From: Alkalispirochaeta sp.
GTDB taxonomy: Bacteria > Spirochaetota > Spirochaetia > DSM-27196 > Alkalispirochaetaceae
NCBI GenBank assembly: GCA_965601925.1
Contig: OZ271854.1
Coordinates: forward strand, 864,001 to 928,000
DNA length: 64,000 nucleotides
Direction of reading: 5' to 3'
Shown here in pieces: positions 29,601 through 39,788 of the stretch. Each line of letters opens with the position of its first letter. Within the stretch, counting starts at the first letter, position 1. A program made the translations under genes and the position numbers. A model generated the notes under the pieces. It worked only from the letters and a program-made list of their open reading frames with translations, made no database searches and was not told the DNA's origin.

Positions 29601-29701
29601 GACTCCCGGGGCAACGTAATATAGGCGATTACCCCGAGAATGACGATCAAAACGGCGAATGAGAAAACCGCCGTGTGTTTTTTGATAAAGAGACTTATCA
29701 T
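26612..29701 (-). CDS. RND efflux transporter permease (AcrB/AcrD/AcrF family)
   Basis: 1029 aa; GMLVDNGIVIVENI; GVAVNNCIVLVD; RLRPVILTALTT. Confidence 0.95.
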   Translation of the reverse strand: MISLFIKKHTAVFSFAVLIVILGVIAYITLPRESSPEIKQPYIFITTTYVGVSASDIETLVTEPIEDELEGVEGLAELTSESRQNVSSIFVEFSSDVTVEEALRRTKDRVDLADLPDDADEPHVEEFSVSDWPIFVVTLSHPNGVAVIDEAAEVFRDELESVSGVLEVEMSGKPDRELAIELDPFRMASYGLSVSDVTTAIDREHVSIPGGSLENREKNYSLAVTGEITEEWRFRDIMVSGGDVQVPLGDIAHVAFQNADDDTLSRLNGTPAITLSIKKRLGANILDLVEETRATIDRMTPQLPVGTEVFVSYDESRYIRDMLADLENNMATGFVLVLLVTIFFLGFRNSLFVSMAIPLSMLMSFFILQLMGITLNMIVLFSLILALGMLVDNGIVIVENIYRHQALGKTRVQAAIDGSKEVAGPIAASTLTTLLAFFPIIFMPGIMGDFMSYLPRTVIVVLASSLFVAIVINPTFCAQYLKVTEKQRLKMEQGSGTFTRIQDWYTRTLERATKHAFKTVLAVTAVVFAGFVTYGLISAETLFFPSLDPERARIEVEAPQGTPLERTDVIVNQVEASIPLVPMSMDSFEAVTGQGGGSHRGRVDVTFSPYAEREIPGATAVRRLQQQVQAITGAIVTVEESNSGPPAGDDVSYEVRGADYTIMGEITSELMAILRPHQDSFRTLDNDYESSLPEIAVNIDRQRAAYYGLSTADIASTVRTAVTGSTAGAFRYDEEEYDIVVRYRDDARDSLQMLRNIHVVAYDGTRVPLSTVAAFEPQATVSVIRRRNFNRAVNVWANFNPDTENRSEISAAIEQEVEALRASLPLGYSIGAGAGFDVRDESTTFLVQAFLVAIFLIFIVLVAQFNSLADPFIILYAVFLSIGGVMWGFALGQQNFIIIMSGIGTIALAGVAVNNCIVLVDYTHKLLREGEPWRQAVVEAGRTRLRPVILTALTTVLALVPMALGVSFSVHEFRVIVGSESSEYWRAFAWTMLYGLTFATVTTLIVVPAMLSIKYRLLEKRRNKKAVAH

Positions 29702-29716
29702 ATGGCAGCACCTCGC

Positions 29717-30871
29717 CTACCCGACTATTTCGACCGGCATTCCGTCGGTAAGACGGTTGAACCCCTCGATTACCAGCTGTGTACCGGAATCGAGTCCGTC
29801 GAGGATGACCGTCTGCTCGATGCCGACCGCACCCGTGCGTACGGGAACTTCGCGAGCGGTCCCGTCGACCACGACCATGACGAAGGTTCCGTCGTTGCGT
29901 GTAACAACGACGCTCGAGGGGACGGCGACCACGTCGCGATAGCGGCGCAGAACCAAACGAACGCGCGCGGTCTGCCCCGAGACGATAAGCCCCTCGGAGT
30001 TTTCCACCTCGATATCGACCTCGTAGCTCAGCGTCCGATCGGATCGTCCGCGAGCGAAACTCGTCGGCGTGCCGAGAAACACCCTATTGGGAAAGGCGGC
30101 GAACGTTATCTCCGCCTCTTCCAGTTCGCGCACGCCGGCGATGTCGGCCTCAGGCACGCCGACCGATATCGTAATCCGGCTCAAATCGGCGACATCGAAG
30201 GTCGGATCGCCCTCTTCCAAATCCTGGTGCAGCTCAATGTGCCGATTCAACACCGTGCCGTTGATCGGGGTGATCGCAAACGCACCCTCACGCGTCTTGT
30301 CGGCGTCGAGGAGCGACGAGCGCGCCTGGAGCCACGCCAGATGCGCCTCATCTACCCTGAGCTGAAACGAGTTACCTTGCTGAAGAAAACGCTGTTCGCG
30401 TTCGTAAGTCTCACGGGTGATGCGCTCGTTGAGCACCGCCGTCTCGTACGTTGCGCGCGCCAGCTCGGGATCGACTTCGGCCAGCGATTCGCCCCGCGCG
30501 ACCTGGTCACCCTCTTCGGCCAGGAGTGCGGTCACTCGCCCGCCGGCATCGGCGGTAAGCCGCACCTCCGATACACCGCGCGCCTCGCCGACGTACTCGC
30601 CGTAATCGACGAAGTCGGTGAGCTCGGTCATCGCCACTCGTACCGGAATCCGACGCTCAGCCTCGGTTGTGCGCTCCGGGGGCGAACCGTCGGAGTCGAG
30701 CCCCTGCGCCTCGGCCGGATGACCGCACGACGTAACCACGAGAAAAACCGCGAATATCGCCGCGCCTACCACCAGGCCGACGAACCTCCTCAATGAGAAC
30801 CGGGAAGAGCGAAGCGTACCGTCGGCATTTCGCCCGGTGGCGCGCTCCCTCTTGTAATAAAAAAAATTCAT
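29717..30871 (-). CDS. RND periplasmic adaptor (membrane fusion protein)
   Basis: GRVTALLAEEGDQVARGESLAEVD; ITPINGTV; VPSSVV; lipobox-like VTSC. Start uncertain. Confidence 0.88.
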   Translation of the reverse strand: MNFFYYKRERATGRNADGTLRSSRFSLRRFVGLVVGAAIFAVFLVVTSCGHPAEAQGLDSDGSPPERTTEAERRIPVRVAMTELTDFVDYGEYVGEARGVSEVRLTADAGGRVTALLAEEGDQVARGESLAEVDPELARATYETAVLNERITRETYEREQRFLQQGNSFQLRVDEAHLAWLQARSSLLDADKTREGAFAITPINGTVLNRHIELHQDLEEGDPTFDVADLSRITISVGVPEADIAGVRELEEAEITFAAFPNRVFLGTPTSFARGRSDRTLSYEVDIEVENSEGLIVSGQTARVRLVLRRYRDVVAVPSSVVVTRNDGTFVMVVVDGTAREVPVRTGAVGIEQTVILDGLDSGTQLVIEGFNRLTDGMPVEIVG

Positions 30872-31043
30872 ACAAAACACCCTTTTTGTTTTGTCATCCG
30901 TTGGTGACGTCGAAGTTCCACACTTCGACCCCTGGATCAAGCGTTCATTACGCCAAAGATATAATACTACAAAGGTGGTGAGAAAAAGAAGCTCATATGC
31001 AATATTGCTGGACGTATTACGTGGTCGAGGCTACGCTGTGTCC

Positions 31044-31775
31044 ATGCAGGAGGCGGGCGAAGGCGAACGCCGGTTCAGCGGTGCGTTGGCCGAGGAGTAC
31101 GAACTCATTACCCTCGCATACCCCGACTTCGAGTCGTTTCAACGCCGCATGATCGATGTGATCGGCCGCGAGGCACCCGACGCCGCGCATATCCTGGAAG
31201 TCGGCACGGGAAACGGGTTTACCACGCGTATGATCATGGAGATCCCGGCCCCTGAGGTCATATCGATCGACAATGATCCGCATATGGTTGCACAGGCCCG
31301 GTCTCACCTTTCCGACTACCATACGGGGTCGGACGGTGGGCGTTTGACGATAGAGGAGGCCGACGCGCTGGCGTTTTTGCACCGCCAGACAGACGGACGG
31401 TTCGACGTCGTCGTATCCGCCTTCACCCTCCACAACATGGAACACGAGTATCGTACGGATGTGGAGAAAGAGATCTTTCGCGTACTGGCACCCGGCGGCC
31501 TGTTCGTCAATGCGGATAAGTACGCTCCCGACGACGAAGAGCGGTTCGACGCCTTGATCCACCAAGTCGAGCGATTCTTCGACGCCTTTGCAGCGCGCGG
31601 TAAGCTCGACCTCCTGCGCCGGTGGGTCGTGCACAACATCGCAGACCAATCGCCGCGATACGTTATGCGTGCCTCGGAGTCGATCGGACGCTTGGGGGCG
31701 CTGGGATTCGATGCGATCCACATCGGTGAACGCGCCGACATGCAGGCAATCCTTCACGCCCGTAAGCCGAGGTAG
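31044..31775 (+). CDS. Class I SAM-dependent methyltransferase
   Basis: ILEVGTGNG motif I; FDVVVSAFTLHN; RVLAPGGLFVNAD. Confidence 0.88.
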   Translation: MQEAGEGERRFSGALAEEYELITLAYPDFESFQRRMIDVIGREAPDAAHILEVGTGNGFTTRMIMEIPAPEVISIDNDPHMVAQARSHLSDYHTGSDGGRLTIEEADALAFLHRQTDGRFDVVVSAFTLHNMEHEYRTDVEKEIFRVLAPGGLFVNADKYAPDDEERFDALIHQVERFFDAFAARGKLDLLRRWVVHNIADQSPRYVMRASESIGRLGALGFDAIHIGERADMQAILHARKPR

Positions 31776-31827
31776 GTGTGGATACGGGCGGAGCGAGTAC
31801 TCTGCGGCTGCGCGGTCTCGGCCGTCA

Positions 31828-31857
31828 TTGACCCGCCGTAGAGGTGCCGTCTATACT
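31828..31857 (+). promoter_or_regulatory. Sigma70-like promoter of the LarA-like/gnd operon
   Basis: TTGACC-N18-TATACT. Confidence 0.55.
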
Positions 31858-31942
31858 TGCGACCACAAATCGAAAGGAAACGAAAGTGTCTCAGGTGCGG
31901 CACCACCGTTTTTTCGGGTCCGATAACTCCGGAGGGTCCATC

Positions 31943-33232
31943 GTGGAAGAGGTAATGAAATGGGGCGGTCCCGATGAGGATCTTACACCGAACCAGATTC
32001 GCTCCGCGTTGGCCGACGTTCTGACGCACTTCGGTCCGATCCGGCGCGCATTGGCGATCCCGCCCGACTTCAGCCGATATCACTCCTTCGCAGGCGAGAT
32101 CACGTCGATGGTGCACGATCTTCTCGGCGATCGTCTCACCGACGTTCTTCCCGCGTTGGGTACCCACCGACCGATGACGCCGCGCGAACGCGAGACGATG
32201 TTCCCCGGCGTGCCGGAGGGGCTCTTTCGTATACACGACTGGCGTAACGACTTGGTGACGCTGGGAGAAGTTCCTCGCGCGTTCATCCGAGAGCAGAGCG
32301 AGGGCAAACTCGACTGGCCGTGGCCCGCACAGGTCAACCGTTTGGTCGCCGAGGGCGGCCATGACGCGGTGCTCTCAATCGGCCAAGTGGTGCCCCATGA
32401 GGTGATCGGCATGGCGAATCACGCCAAAAACCTGTTCATCGGCACCGGCGGCAAGGACGGAATCAATCGCAGCCATTTCCTGGGCGCCGTCTACGGCATG
32501 GAGCGCATCATGGGGCGAGCGGACAATCCGGTACGCGCCGTGGTCAACTACGCGGCAAGAGAGTTCCTGCGCGCCGTGCCGGTTGTGTTCGTGCTTACGG
32601 TGGTGGGACGCCGTCCGCCGGGACCGGACGGACATGACGCCGGTTTGGCTGTGCGGGGACTTTTTGCCGGTCGCGGTTTCGACTGTTTCTATCAGGCCGC
32701 TCAATTGGCGCTGGAGACGAATCTTACCTTGATAGACGAGGAGCCGGACCATGTGGTGGCGCGACTCGATCCCGCCGAGTTTCACAGCACCTGGTTGGGG
32801 AACAAGGCTATCTACCGCACACGCATGATGATCGCCGACGGAGGACGTCTGACGGTTCTTGCTCCCGGAGTCGAGAGTTTCGGAGAGGACGCCGATATCG
32901 ATAGACTCGTGCGCAAACACGGATACCACGGGACGCCCGAGACCCTGAGGGCGGTGGAGCGAGACCCTGAGCTCGCCGACAATTTGGGCGCCGCGGCGCA
33001 TCTGATTCACGGATCGAGCGAGGGACGATTTAATATCGAGTATGCGCCCGGTAAACTTACTCGCGAAGAGATAGAGGGCGTCGGCTTTACGTATCGCGAC
33101 CTCGCGGAGGTGACCGAACAGCTTGCTGTAGACACACTTATCGACGGTTGGAATATCCTCCCGTCGGGGGAGCGAATATACTACATCTCACAACCGGCGC
33201 TGGGCTTGTGGGCCTTTAAGAAGCGGTTTTAA
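31943..33232 (+). CDS. Lactate racemase (LarA/DUF2088) superfamily protein, candidate sugar-acid 2-epimerase (GntE-like)
   Basis: IPPDFSR; PALGTHRPMT; HDWRND; GQVVPHEVIGMANHAKNLFIG; SHFLGA. Stop is 10 nt upstream of gnd. GTG 31943 with GGAGG SD. Confidence 0.75.
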   Translation: MEEVMKWGGPDEDLTPNQIRSALADVLTHFGPIRRALAIPPDFSRYHSFAGEITSMVHDLLGDRLTDVLPALGTHRPMTPRERETMFPGVPEGLFRIHDWRNDLVTLGEVPRAFIREQSEGKLDWPWPAQVNRLVAEGGHDAVLSIGQVVPHEVIGMANHAKNLFIGTGGKDGINRSHFLGAVYGMERIMGRADNPVRAVVNYAAREFLRAVPVVFVLTVVGRRPPGPDGHDAGLAVRGLFAGRGFDCFYQAAQLALETNLTLIDEEPDHVVARLDPAEFHSTWLGNKAIYRTRMMIADGGRLTVLAPGVESFGEDADIDRLVRKHGYHGTPETLRAVERDPELADNLGAAAHLIHGSSEGRFNIEYAPGKLTREEIEGVGFTYRDLAEVTEQLAVDTLIDGWNILPSGERIYYISQPALGLWAFKKRF

Positions 33233-33242
33233 GGAGTGATAC

Positions 33243-34730
33243 GTGGCACGGAAAGCGGATATCGGACTCATCGGGCTTGCGGTCATGGGGCAGAACCTCG
33301 TGTTGAACATGAACGACAACGGGTACACCGTCGCGGTCTACAACAGGACGGCGCAAAAGACCCGTGACTTTCTGTCGGGGCCCGCGGCCGGGCGGGAGAC
33401 GATCCTTCCGACCTACGAGATCGCCGAGTTCGCGGCGACCTTGGAGCGACCGCGACGCGTGATGCTCATGGTGAAGGCGGGCGAGGTCGTCGATAGATTC
33501 ATCGAGCAACTCCTTCCCCATCTCGAAGCGGGGGACATCGTCATCGACGGCGGTAACTCGCACTATCCCGACTCGACGAGACGCACCCGAGAGCTTGCCG
33601 AGAGGGGCATTCTCTTCGTGGGATCCGGCGTCTCCGGCGGCGAGGAGGGGGCGCGCCACGGGCCGAGCATCATGCCCGGTGGAAATGCCGCCGCATGGCC
33701 GCACATTAAGGAGATCTTTCAAGCTATTGCGGCCAAGACGTCATCGGGCGAGCCGTGCGCGGACTGGGTCGGTGCGGACGGCGCCGGTCATTACGTCAAG
33801 ATGGTCCACAACGGGATCGAGTACGGAGATATGCAGCTCATCAGCGAGGCGTACCACGTTATGAAGTACGGACTCGGTATGACCAACGACGAGATGCAAA
33901 GGACCTTTGCGGCGTGGAACGAGACGGAACTCGATAGTTACCTCGTGGAAATCACATCGGATATTCTCAAGGCCAAAACCGAGGACGGAACCTACGTCCT
34001 CGACACGATTCTCGACGCCGCGGGACAAAAGGGAACCGGGAAATGGACCGGCATCAACGCCTTGGACGCCGGGATTCCCGTTACGCTCATCGTCGAGGCG
34101 GTCTTTGCGCGTTCATTGTCGGCCCTCAAGGAGCAACGCGTGGCGGCCAGCGAAATCCTCGAAGGTCCCGCCGGTTCTTCCGCCGGCGACGGTGGCGGTA
34201 TCGAGCCGATTGGGGCTCCTCGTACGGAGTTTTTGGAGGATCTGCGCAGAGCGCTTCTCGCCTCCAAGATCGTCTCATACGCCCAGGGGTTCATGCTGAT
34301 CCGCGAGGCGGGTGAAAGCAACGACTGGAACATCGACTACGGGAACGTGGCGCTCCTGTGGCGCGAAGGATGTATCATTCGCAGCGCCTTCTTGGGACGT
34401 ATCAAGGAGGCCTTCGTTCATAATCCCGACCTTCAAAATCTCCTGCTCGACGATTGGTTTCGAACGGTAATCGGCGAGGCGCAGTCCTCGTGGCGCCGCG
34501 TTATCGCTGCCGCCGTAGTGTCGGGAATACCCGTGCCGGCGTTTTCCACCGCCCTGGCCTTTTACGACGGCTATCGCAGCGGACGCTTAGCGGCCAACAT
34601 GATTCAGGCACAGCGCGACTATTTCGGAGCGCATACGTTCGAGCGCGTCGATCGTCCCAGAGGAGAGTTCAGCCACTTCAACTGGACCGGTACCGGCGGC
34701 AACACGACGGCGGGCACGTATAACGCATAG
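33243..34730 (+). CDS. gnd: 6-phosphogluconate dehydrogenase, decarboxylating
   Basis: IGLIGLAVMGQNL; VSGGEEGARHGPSIMPGG; KMVHNGIEYGDMQ; GQKGTGKWT; QAQRDYFGAHT. Confidence 0.97.
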   Translation: MARKADIGLIGLAVMGQNLVLNMNDNGYTVAVYNRTAQKTRDFLSGPAAGRETILPTYEIAEFAATLERPRRVMLMVKAGEVVDRFIEQLLPHLEAGDIVIDGGNSHYPDSTRRTRELAERGILFVGSGVSGGEEGARHGPSIMPGGNAAAWPHIKEIFQAIAAKTSSGEPCADWVGADGAGHYVKMVHNGIEYGDMQLISEAYHVMKYGLGMTNDEMQRTFAAWNETELDSYLVEITSDILKAKTEDGTYVLDTILDAAGQKGTGKWTGINALDAGIPVTLIVEAVFARSLSALKEQRVAASEILEGPAGSSAGDGGGIEPIGAPRTEFLEDLRRALLASKIVSYAQGFMLIREAGESNDWNIDYGNVALLWREGCIIRSAFLGRIKEAFVHNPDLQNLLLDDWFRTVIGEAQSSWRRVIAAAVVSGIPVPAFSTALAFYDGYRSGRLAANMIQAQRDYFGAHTFERVDRPRGEFSHFNWTGTGGNTTAGTYNA

Positions 34731-34739
34731 CCGTCTCGA

Positions 34740-34769
34740 CGTGGGCCGACGCAAACAGCTCGGCCCACG
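34740..34769 (+). terminator. Hairpin after gnd (possible terminator)
   Basis: CGTGGGCCGA-N10-TCGGCCCACG; no T-tract. Confidence 0.5.
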
Positions 34770-34845
34770 CATGATAAAGATAGCACTTCGCTAAAATTTG
34801 TGTACAATAATCACATAATATCCGCACCTAAGGAGACTCGGTTGT

Positions 34846-35130
34846 ATGATGGGCGCAGGAATACAGCTCATGGTACTGGGCATGAGCGTGGTGATCGTCT
34901 TTTTAATCGTGTTGGTCCTGTTCATGGGGCTGGCGGCGGCGATGGTGCGGCGATTCGCGCCCCAAGCGGCGGAGTCGGACGCCGCGGATGCGGCGGTGCG
35001 GACCGCCGGCGGGCATAACGACGCCGCGGGCGAGACGCGCACCCACCGCATCGCCGCGGTCCTGGCGGCGGTGGCGATGCACCACCGGCGGCGACGGACA
35101 TCCACCACATCGCAAGGAGAGCACCGATGA
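34846..35130 (+). CDS. oadG: Na+-translocating decarboxylase gamma subunit
   Basis: LMVLGMSVVIVFLIVL single TM; Ala-rich linker; IAAVLAAVAMHH. Confidence 0.85.
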   Translation: MMGAGIQLMVLGMSVVIVFLIVLVLFMGLAAAMVRRFAPQAAESDAADAAVRTAGGHNDAAGETRTHRIAAVLAAVAMHHRRRRTSTTSQGEHR

Positions 35131-36950
35131 AGAGGATCAACGTGATGGTTACGGCGTTTCGGGACGGGTTTCAGTCCGTCTTCGGTGCCCGGGTGTTGAC
35201 GCCCGATTTCATTCCCGCGTTGGAAGCCGCCCGGCACGCCGGCCTCACCCACTTCGAGGTGGGCGGCGGTGCACGCTTTCAGAGTTTGTACTTCTACTGT
35301 AACGAGGACGCCTTCGCCATGATGGATGCGTGTCGCGCGGCGGCGGGGCCCGAGGCGAACCTCCAGACCCTCGCCCGGGGGATTAACGTCGTCGGCTTAG
35401 AGAGTCAGTCGTCGGACATGATCAAGCTGCACGCGGAGCTGTTCAAGAGGCACGGTATTACGACGATCCGCAACTTCGACGCGCTCAACGATGTGGACAA
35501 CCTCGACTATTCGGGACGCTGCATCGTCGATGCGGGGCTGCACCACGAAGTCTCGGTCACGCTCATGGGCCTTCCGCCCGGGTTATCCGGCGCCCATACC
35601 GCGGAGTTCTATCTGAACCGATTGACACAGATTCTCGACGCCGACATTCCGATGCACTCCTTGGCGCTGAAGGACGCGTCGGGGACCGCGACGCCGCAGG
35701 TCGTGTACGAGACGGTGCAACTGGCCAAATCGAAGCTGCCGGCGGACATCCCCGTACGGTTTCATACTCACGACACGGCGGGCACCGGCGTGGTGACCTA
35801 CCGGGCGGCGCTGGAGGCCGGCGTCGACGGCATCGATCTGTCGATGGCACCGGTGTCGGGCGGTACGGCACAACCGGACATCATTACGATGTGGCACGCC
35901 CTGCGCGGCACTGAGTTCGATCTGGGTGTGGATATCGAGCAGGTGATGGAGGCCGAAGAGGTCTTCAAGGAGTGTATGCAGGACTACTTCTTCCCGCCGG
36001 AGGCGCTGCGGGTGGAACCGCTCATCCCCTTCTCGCCGATGCCCGGCGGCGCGTTGACGGCCAATACGCAGATGATGCGCGACCACAAGGTGTTGCACCG
36101 CTTTCCGGAGGTGATCGCGGCGATGCGCGAGGTGGTGGAACGGGGCGGGTTTGCGACCTCGGTCACCCCGGTCTCGCAATTCTACTTTCAGCAGGCGTTC
36201 AACAACGTCGTCATGGGGCCGTGGAAGAAGATCGCCGACGGATACGGGAAGATGCTGTTGGGCTACTTCGGTAAGACGCCGAATGCGCCGGATCCGGAGT
36301 TGGTACGCATCGCCGGCGAGCAGTTGGGACTGGAGCCGACGACCGAAAGTCCGCGCCTGTTGAACGACGCCGATCCGACCAAGGGCCGCGACGCCGCCGA
36401 GGCGGTCTTGCGCGCGGAGGGGCTTCCCGTCACCGACGAGAACGTCTTTATCGCCGCAACGTGTAAGGAGCGGGGCATCACGTTTCTCAAGGGCGAGGCG
36501 CGCGTACAGGTCCGCAAACACGGATCCGACGGAGCCGAGACGCCGGCCGCGAGCGGTCCGTCTCCTCAGACGAGTGTCGGACCGGCAACGTACTCGGTGA
36601 CCGTCTCGGGACAGACCTTTGCGGTAACCGTGGCGGACGGGAGTGCGGTGATCGACGGCCAGGCACATCCCTTGCCGTCGGCCGGCACGGCCGCACCCAC
36701 CCCGGGTGCCGCTCCGTCTCCGACACCGCCGGCCGGCGGCGCCACCGTATCCGCGCCCATGCCCGGGGTGATTCTCCGTACCCTCGTACGGGCCGGCGAG
36801 GCGGTCACCGAGGGGACACCGGTCGTACTCATGGAATGCATGAAGATGGAGATGAAGGTCGAGGCGTCCTCCGCGGGCACGGTTTCTCAGGTACACGTCA
36901 CCGACGGACAATCGGTTGAGGCGGATGCCGCGTTGGTATCGGTCGTATGA
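35127..36950 (+). CDS. oadA: Oxaloacetate decarboxylase alpha / pyruvate carboxylase B-type subunit with biotin domain
   Basis: [44 protein letters not shown]; Pro/Ala linker; ECMKME biotin site. Confidence 0.88.
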   Translation: MKRINVMVTAFRDGFQSVFGARVLTPDFIPALEAARHAGLTHFEVGGGARFQSLYFYCNEDAFAMMDACRAAAGPEANLQTLARGINVVGLESQSSDMIKLHAELFKRHGITTIRNFDALNDVDNLDYSGRCIVDAGLHHEVSVTLMGLPPGLSGAHTAEFYLNRLTQILDADIPMHSLALKDASGTATPQVVYETVQLAKSKLPADIPVRFHTHDTAGTGVVTYRAALEAGVDGIDLSMAPVSGGTAQPDIITMWHALRGTEFDLGVDIEQVMEAEEVFKECMQDYFFPPEALRVEPLIPFSPMPGGALTANTQMMRDHKVLHRFPEVIAAMREVVERGGFATSVTPVSQFYFQQAFNNVVMGPWKKIADGYGKMLLGYFGKTPNAPDPELVRIAGEQLGLEPTTESPRLLNDADPTKGRDAAEAVLRAEGLPVTDENVFIAATCKERGITFLKGEARVQVRKHGSDGAETPAASGPSPQTSVGPATYSVTVSGQTFAVTVADGSAVIDGQAHPLPSAGTAAPTPGAAPSPTPPAGGATVSAPMPGVILRTLVRAGEAVTEGTPVVLMECMKMEMKVEASSAGTVSQVHVTDGQSVEADAALVSVV

Positions 36951-38086
36951 ATATCGCGCACTCTTTCGTCAATCTCTGGACGGCGACGGGGATCCACGCG
37001 ATCACCGGCGGCGAGCTGGTCATGATCGGCCTTAGTCTGGTGTTGATCTATCTGGCGATCGGCCGGAACTTCGAGCCGTTGTTATTGTTGCCGATCGGGT
37101 TCGGCGGAATACTCGCCAATATTCCGATCGCCGGCATCGCCGGGCCCGCCGGCTTCATCGGCATGATCGATGCGGTGGGGCTGGCGACAGGGATCTTTCC
37201 GCTGTTGATCTTCATGGGCGTGGGCGCGATGACCGATTTCGGCCCCCTCATCGCCAACCCGCGTACCGCCCTGTTGGGGGCGGCGGCGCAGTTCGGCATC
37301 TTCGCCACGGTGTTGGGCGCCCTCGCATTGAGCGAGTATCTCGGATTCGACTTTTCTCTGCGCGACGCCGCCTCGATCGGCATTATCGGGGGCGCCGACG
37401 GTCCGACGGCGATCTTCCTCTCCTCGCGGCTGAGTCCCGATCTGGTCGGCGCCATCGCGGTGGCGGCGTACAGCTACATGGCGTTAGTACCGATCATCCA
37501 ACCGCCGATCATGCGTGCGCTGACGAAACCGGAGGAGCGTCGTATCGTCATGACGCAGCTGCGCCCCGTGTCCAAGATCGAGAAGATCATCTTCCCCTTG
37601 ATGGCCCTCGGCCTGTGCATTCTCCTGCTGCCCACCGCAACGCCGCTGATCGGCGCGCTCATGTTCGGTAATCTGGTAAAGGAGTCCGGCGTCACCGAAC
37701 GCCTCTCGAAGACGCTCCAGAGCTCGTTTATCGACAGCGTCACGATTCTGCTGGGATTGGTCGTCGGGGGGAAACTACAGGCGGCCTACTTCCTCCGCCT
37801 GGAAACGATCGGCATTCTCTTGTTGGGGTTGGTCGCCTTCTCGATCGGCACCGCGACGGGGGTACTGTTGGCGCGCCTTATGCATCGTCTCTCCCGTACC
37901 CCGATCAATCCGCTGATCGGCGCGGCCGGCGTCTCGGCGGTTCCGATGGCCGCACGGGTCGTCAACAAGGTCGGACTCCAGGACAATCCCCGCAACTATC
38001 TGTTGATGCACGCCATGGGTCCCAACGTCAGCGGCGTCATCGGCTCCGCCGTCGCCGCCGGCGTCCTCCTCTCGGTCTTTATGTAG
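36947..38086 (+). CDS. oadB: Na+-translocating decarboxylase beta subunit
   Basis: [56 protein letters not shown]. Confidence 0.95.
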   Translation: MNIAHSFVNLWTATGIHAITGGELVMIGLSLVLIYLAIGRNFEPLLLLPIGFGGILANIPIAGIAGPAGFIGMIDAVGLATGIFPLLIFMGVGAMTDFGPLIANPRTALLGAAAQFGIFATVLGALALSEYLGFDFSLRDAASIGIIGGADGPTAIFLSSRLSPDLVGAIAVAAYSYMALVPIIQPPIMRALTKPEERRIVMTQLRPVSKIEKIIFPLMALGLCILLLPTATPLIGALMFGNLVKESGVTERLSKTLQSSFIDSVTILLGLVVGGKLQAAYFLRLETIGILLLGLVAFSIGTATGVLLARLMHRLSRTPINPLIGAAGVSAVPMAARVVNKVGLQDNPRNYLLMHAMGPNVSGVIGSAVAAGVLLSVFM

Positions 38087-39632
38087 CCCGACCGGGGCGT
38101 GTCTCTCGGCGTACCGCGACGCTCCCGGCCAGCACGGTACACGGGAAGCGCACGAGAAAGGTAAGCGAATCCTCGACGGCAATGGAGAACATTCCACCCA
38201 AATCGGCCGCGAGGGAGCCGATGAGCGTGAGGCCCGTCCCCGCCTTCACATCTTCCGCTTCGTGCACATCATCGGGGAGCGGAGCACCGTCGCAGTACGA
38301 GAAGACCACATCATCGTCGACCGCGCAACAGTTGATGGTGATGGCGTTCGTGAGGGGAGCGTATTTCGCAGTATTGGTAAGAAGCTCGTTGGTGATGATA
38401 CCCAACTTCATCGCGACTCCCGACGGCGTGCGAGGGATATCGATCGATAATCGATACCGAAAGTCGTCTCGATCGCGATATGAACCCGCCGAGAAGTGGC
38501 TGATAAGCCCGTCGAGATAGACTTCGAGATCGATCTCGGTAACCGTCGGCTGTTTGGAGAGTTTCTCGTGAACGAGCGCCACGGCGCGCAGTCGCCCGAG
38601 GAGGTCGAAGAGCGTCTCGGCCTTTGACTTGTCGGCCTGCCACTGTTCTATCCACACCATCGTAACGAGCAAATTGAGGTTGTTTTTAATGCGATGGTTC
38701 ATCTCGACCAAGAGATCTCGTTGCTGCTCCGTAAGCCGCTTCAAGTGCTCTTCCGACTCCTTGAAGGCGGTAACTTCGTTGTGGGCGCCGAGCATTCTCA
38801 CCGGACGCCCTCGCTCGTCCCGAATCGCAATCCCGCGGCACCGAACCCACACAGTGGAACCGTTCTTATGGCGGTAGCGCACGATTTGATCGTACGGGTG
38901 CGTGGGATCCTTTAGATGTTTGCGGAAGTTCTCGACGACGATGGTGAGGTCGTCGGGATGAATCATGTCTTGCCACTCCTCGGGGTCGTGGCGCTTCTCT
39001 TCCGGGCCGTAGCCGAATGTGTTCCAAAAGGTGGGGCTCATCCACTCGTTGGACTGATTCTCCAGGTCCCAGTACCAGATACCGTCGAGAGATCCGACCT
39101 CCAAAAACTCGAAGAGGCGGCGATCTCTTCTTACCAGGTCGTAGAGCTCCTCCTCAAGATAGTGCATCGTACGTGTGCCGTTGACGGGCTTCGAAAAGGG
39201 CACGTAGAGAGAGCGCGACGCGTCCCTGTTACCTCGCCGCCTCACGATGCCGCGAATCGATTCGGCAAGAATCGGCAAGGCGGCATCGATGGGGAGAAGA
39301 CCGTCGTGAACAATAGCCGAGAGCTTACGGAGCACGGCCTCGTCCGCATTGTCGATAAGGAAGAGAATCGGCACATCGACGGCTGCGTGAATGCGACGAG
39401 CGGCATCGACGCATGCGTCGACGGATGCGGGTGTGCACGTGATAAGAATCACCTGTACCAGGGCCGCACCGGTGCCTCCTTTACACACCGATGCGAGAAC
39501 ATCCTCTCCATTCGACACCGTACGAACATCAAAGCCCGAACGGTACAGGAAATGAGAGCGTTCTCGCCCCCGAGGTAGATCGTCATCGACGACCAAAATT
39601 CGAGTAGAATCGCGCCGCAAACGGTCGGTCAT
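38079..39632 (-). CDS. Receiver-like + PAS + HisKA_2 sensor kinase
   Basis: ILVVDDD; DGIWYWD...IHPDD...[34 protein letters not shown]. Confidence 0.85.
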   Translation of the reverse strand: MTDRLRRDSTRILVVDDDLPRGRERSHFLYRSGFDVRTVSNGEDVLASVCKGGTGAALVQVILITCTPASVDACVDAARRIHAAVDVPILFLIDNADEAVLRKLSAIVHDGLLPIDAALPILAESIRGIVRRRGNRDASRSLYVPFSKPVNGTRTMHYLEEELYDLVRRDRRLFEFLEVGSLDGIWYWDLENQSNEWMSPTFWNTFGYGPEEKRHDPEEWQDMIHPDDLTIVVENFRKHLKDPTHPYDQIVRYRHKNGSTVWVRCRGIAIRDERGRPVRMLGAHNEVTAFKESEEHLKRLTEQQRDLLVEMNHRIKNNLNLLVTMVWIEQWQADKSKAETLFDLLGRLRAVALVHEKLSKQPTVTEIDLEVYLDGLISHFSAGSYRDRDDFRYRLSIDIPRTPSGVAMKLGIITNELLTNTAKYAPLTNAITINCCAVDDDVVFSYCDGAPLPDDVHEAEDVKAGTGLTLIGSLAADLGGMFSIAVEDSLTFLVRFPCTVLAGSVAVRRETRPGRAT

Positions 39633-39788
39633 GACCTACACCTTTCGGATAGAGCGTAATTCAAAGCGGAACTATTCGCAAATTTTTACTTGATATTACA
39701 CACTCCCTTCGTCTCGTTCCAAGGGAGCAATCCTCTTCCATCACATACGGACGGCGGCGAGGTGCGTCCGAGAGCTTCGGGAAGGGTG

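Noticed and set aside
31044..31775. Call as arsenite methyltransferase ArsM, tempting because arsC is nearby
   Set aside because: The translated protein contains no cysteines, which ArsM requires.
34798..34816. TTGTG-N9-CACA upstream of oadG as a Rex or CRP site
   Set aside because: Spacing is one base longer than either consensus; AT-rich chance match cannot be excluded.
36540..36760. Pro/Ala-rich low-complexity stretch in oadA as a repeat element
   Set aside because: It is the normal flexible linker before a biotin-carrier domain.
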